A DNA stretch of 64,000 nucleotides from Anaeramoeba ignava BMAN (Eukaryota > Protista > Anaeramoebae), in assembly GCA_028826165.1 (NCBI GenBank), contig JAPDFW010000022.1:566758-630757 (forward strand). Direction: 5' to 3'. The stretch's first letter is position 1. Each line of letters opens with the position of its first letter. A model generated the notes under the pieces. The model made no database searches and was not told where the DNA came from. It saw only the letters and a program-made list of their open reading frames with translations. Positions 62,590 to 64,000 of the stretch are shown in pieces. The position numbers and the translations under genes were made by a program.

Positions 62590-63900
62590 CTATAAATAAA
62601 TTAAATATAAAAATTGGATTAATAAATTATAAATATTTAATCAAATATTCTTTATTTTCAAAATTATTTAAATTAATTTATAAATAAATTCTTTTTAATT
62701 TTAATATTAGATTTTGAAATATTTTTAATTTAAATATTAAATAAATTAAATATAAAAATTGGATTAATAAATTATAAATATCTAATCAAATATTCTTTAT
62801 TTTCAAAATTATTTAAATTAATTTATAAATAAATTCCTTTTTAATTTTAATATTAGATTTTGAAATATTTTTAATTTAAATATTAAATAAATTAAATATA
62901 AAAATTGAATTAATAAATTATAAATATTTAATCAAATATTCTTTATTTTCAAAATTATTTAAATTAATTTATAAATAAATTCTTTTTAATTTTAATATTA
63001 AATTTTGAAATATTTTTAATTTAAATATTTAATAAAATAAATATAAAAATTGGATTAATAAATTATAAATATTTAATCAAATATTCTTTATTTTCAAAAT
63101 GATTTAAATTAATTTATAAATAAATTCTTTTTAATTTTAATATTAGATTTTGAAATATTTTTAATTTAAATATTTAATAAAATAAATATAAAAATTGGAT
63201 TAATAAATTATAAATATTTAATCAAATATTCTTTATTTTCAAAATGATTTAAATTAATTTATAAATAAATTCCTTTTTAATTTTAATATTAGATTTTGAA
63301 ATATTTTTAATTTAAATATTTAATAAATTAAATATAAAAATTGGATTAATAAATTATAAATATCTAATCAAATATTCTTTATTTTCAAAATGATTTAAAT
63401 TAATTTATAAATAAATTCCTTTTAGTTTTAATATTAAATTTTGAAATATTTTTAATTTAAATATTTAATAAATTAAATATAAAAATTGGATTAATAAATT
63501 ATAAATATTTAATCAAATATTCTTTATTTTCAAAATGATTTAAATTAATTTATAAATAAATTCCTTTTAATTTTAATATTAGATTTTGAAATATTTTTAA
63601 TTTAAATATTTAATAAAATAAATATAAAAATTGGATTAATAAATTATAAATATCTAATCAAATATTCTTTATTTTCAAAATGATTTAAATTAATTTATAA
63701 ATAAATTCCTTTTTAATTTTAATATTAGATTTTGAAATATTTTTAATTTAAATATTTAATAAAATAAATATAAAAATTGAATTAATAAATTATAAATATT
63801 TAATCAAATATTCTTTATTTCCAAAATGATTTAAATTAATTTATAAATAAATTCTTTTTAATTTTAATATTAGATTTTGAAATATTTTTAATTTAAATAT
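62590..63900. repeat. AT-rich tandem satellite, ~145-146 bp unit, ~9 copies
   Basis: The anchor AAATTGGATT/AAATTGAATT recurs at ~62612, 62756, 62903, 63047, 63193, 63338, 63483, 63628 and 63774. Confidence 0.92.
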
Positions 63901-64000
63901 TCGTTAAATATTTTTTTTTTAAATAAACAAACAGTATTTAAGAGTATTATTAAAAAGAAAAAAATTTTTATCATTTTTTCTTTTTCTTTTTCTTTCTTTT

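Noticed and set aside
62590-64000. Telomeric repeat at the window end
   Set aside because: The unit is ~146 bp and G-poor, and unique sequence with another TCATTTT resumes after 63900.

Overview
An extremely AT-rich, gene-dense, intron-containing eukaryotic nuclear region in the standard genetic code (TAA, TAG and TGA all end genes). The gene content and style suggest an anaerobic metamonad such as Anaeramoeba; this is inference, not proof. The clues are a low-MW thioredoxin reductase, a BTB-TLDc expansion, a Trichomonas-like TCATTTT initiator and (NQ)n/(SK)n low-complexity tracts. I reconstructed about 24 protein genes by hand from GT-AG junctions. They include an ankyrin gene (partial), G-alpha, an EEP nuclease/phosphatase, five tandem BTB-TLDc genes, Nup54, two tandem GH31 alpha-glucosidases, a CARMIL-like LRR protein, RPL9 and an IQ-RhoGEF. 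The rest are TrxR, a DUF2433-like metallophosphoesterase, an Rlp7-like gene, a Gon7-like protein, a lipid-anchored Roadblock protein absent from the ORF track, a USP with a repeat N-terminus, and an Ank-BTB/BTB-BACK-TLDc ORF. There is also a free-standing C/D snoRNA (U79-like). Long introns are filled with intron-specific simple repeats that are nearly G-free on the sense strand, and two related nucleosome-length satellites are present. Best leads: (i) the BTB-TLDc array with hypervariable TLDc loops and shuffled modules, (ii) the myristoyl/palmitoyl-Roadblock protein, (iii) a Nup54 with SLFS instead of FG repeats, (iv) the G-free microsatellite introns with A-rich acceptors. Several frameshifts fall in homopolymers and are probably long-read errors.
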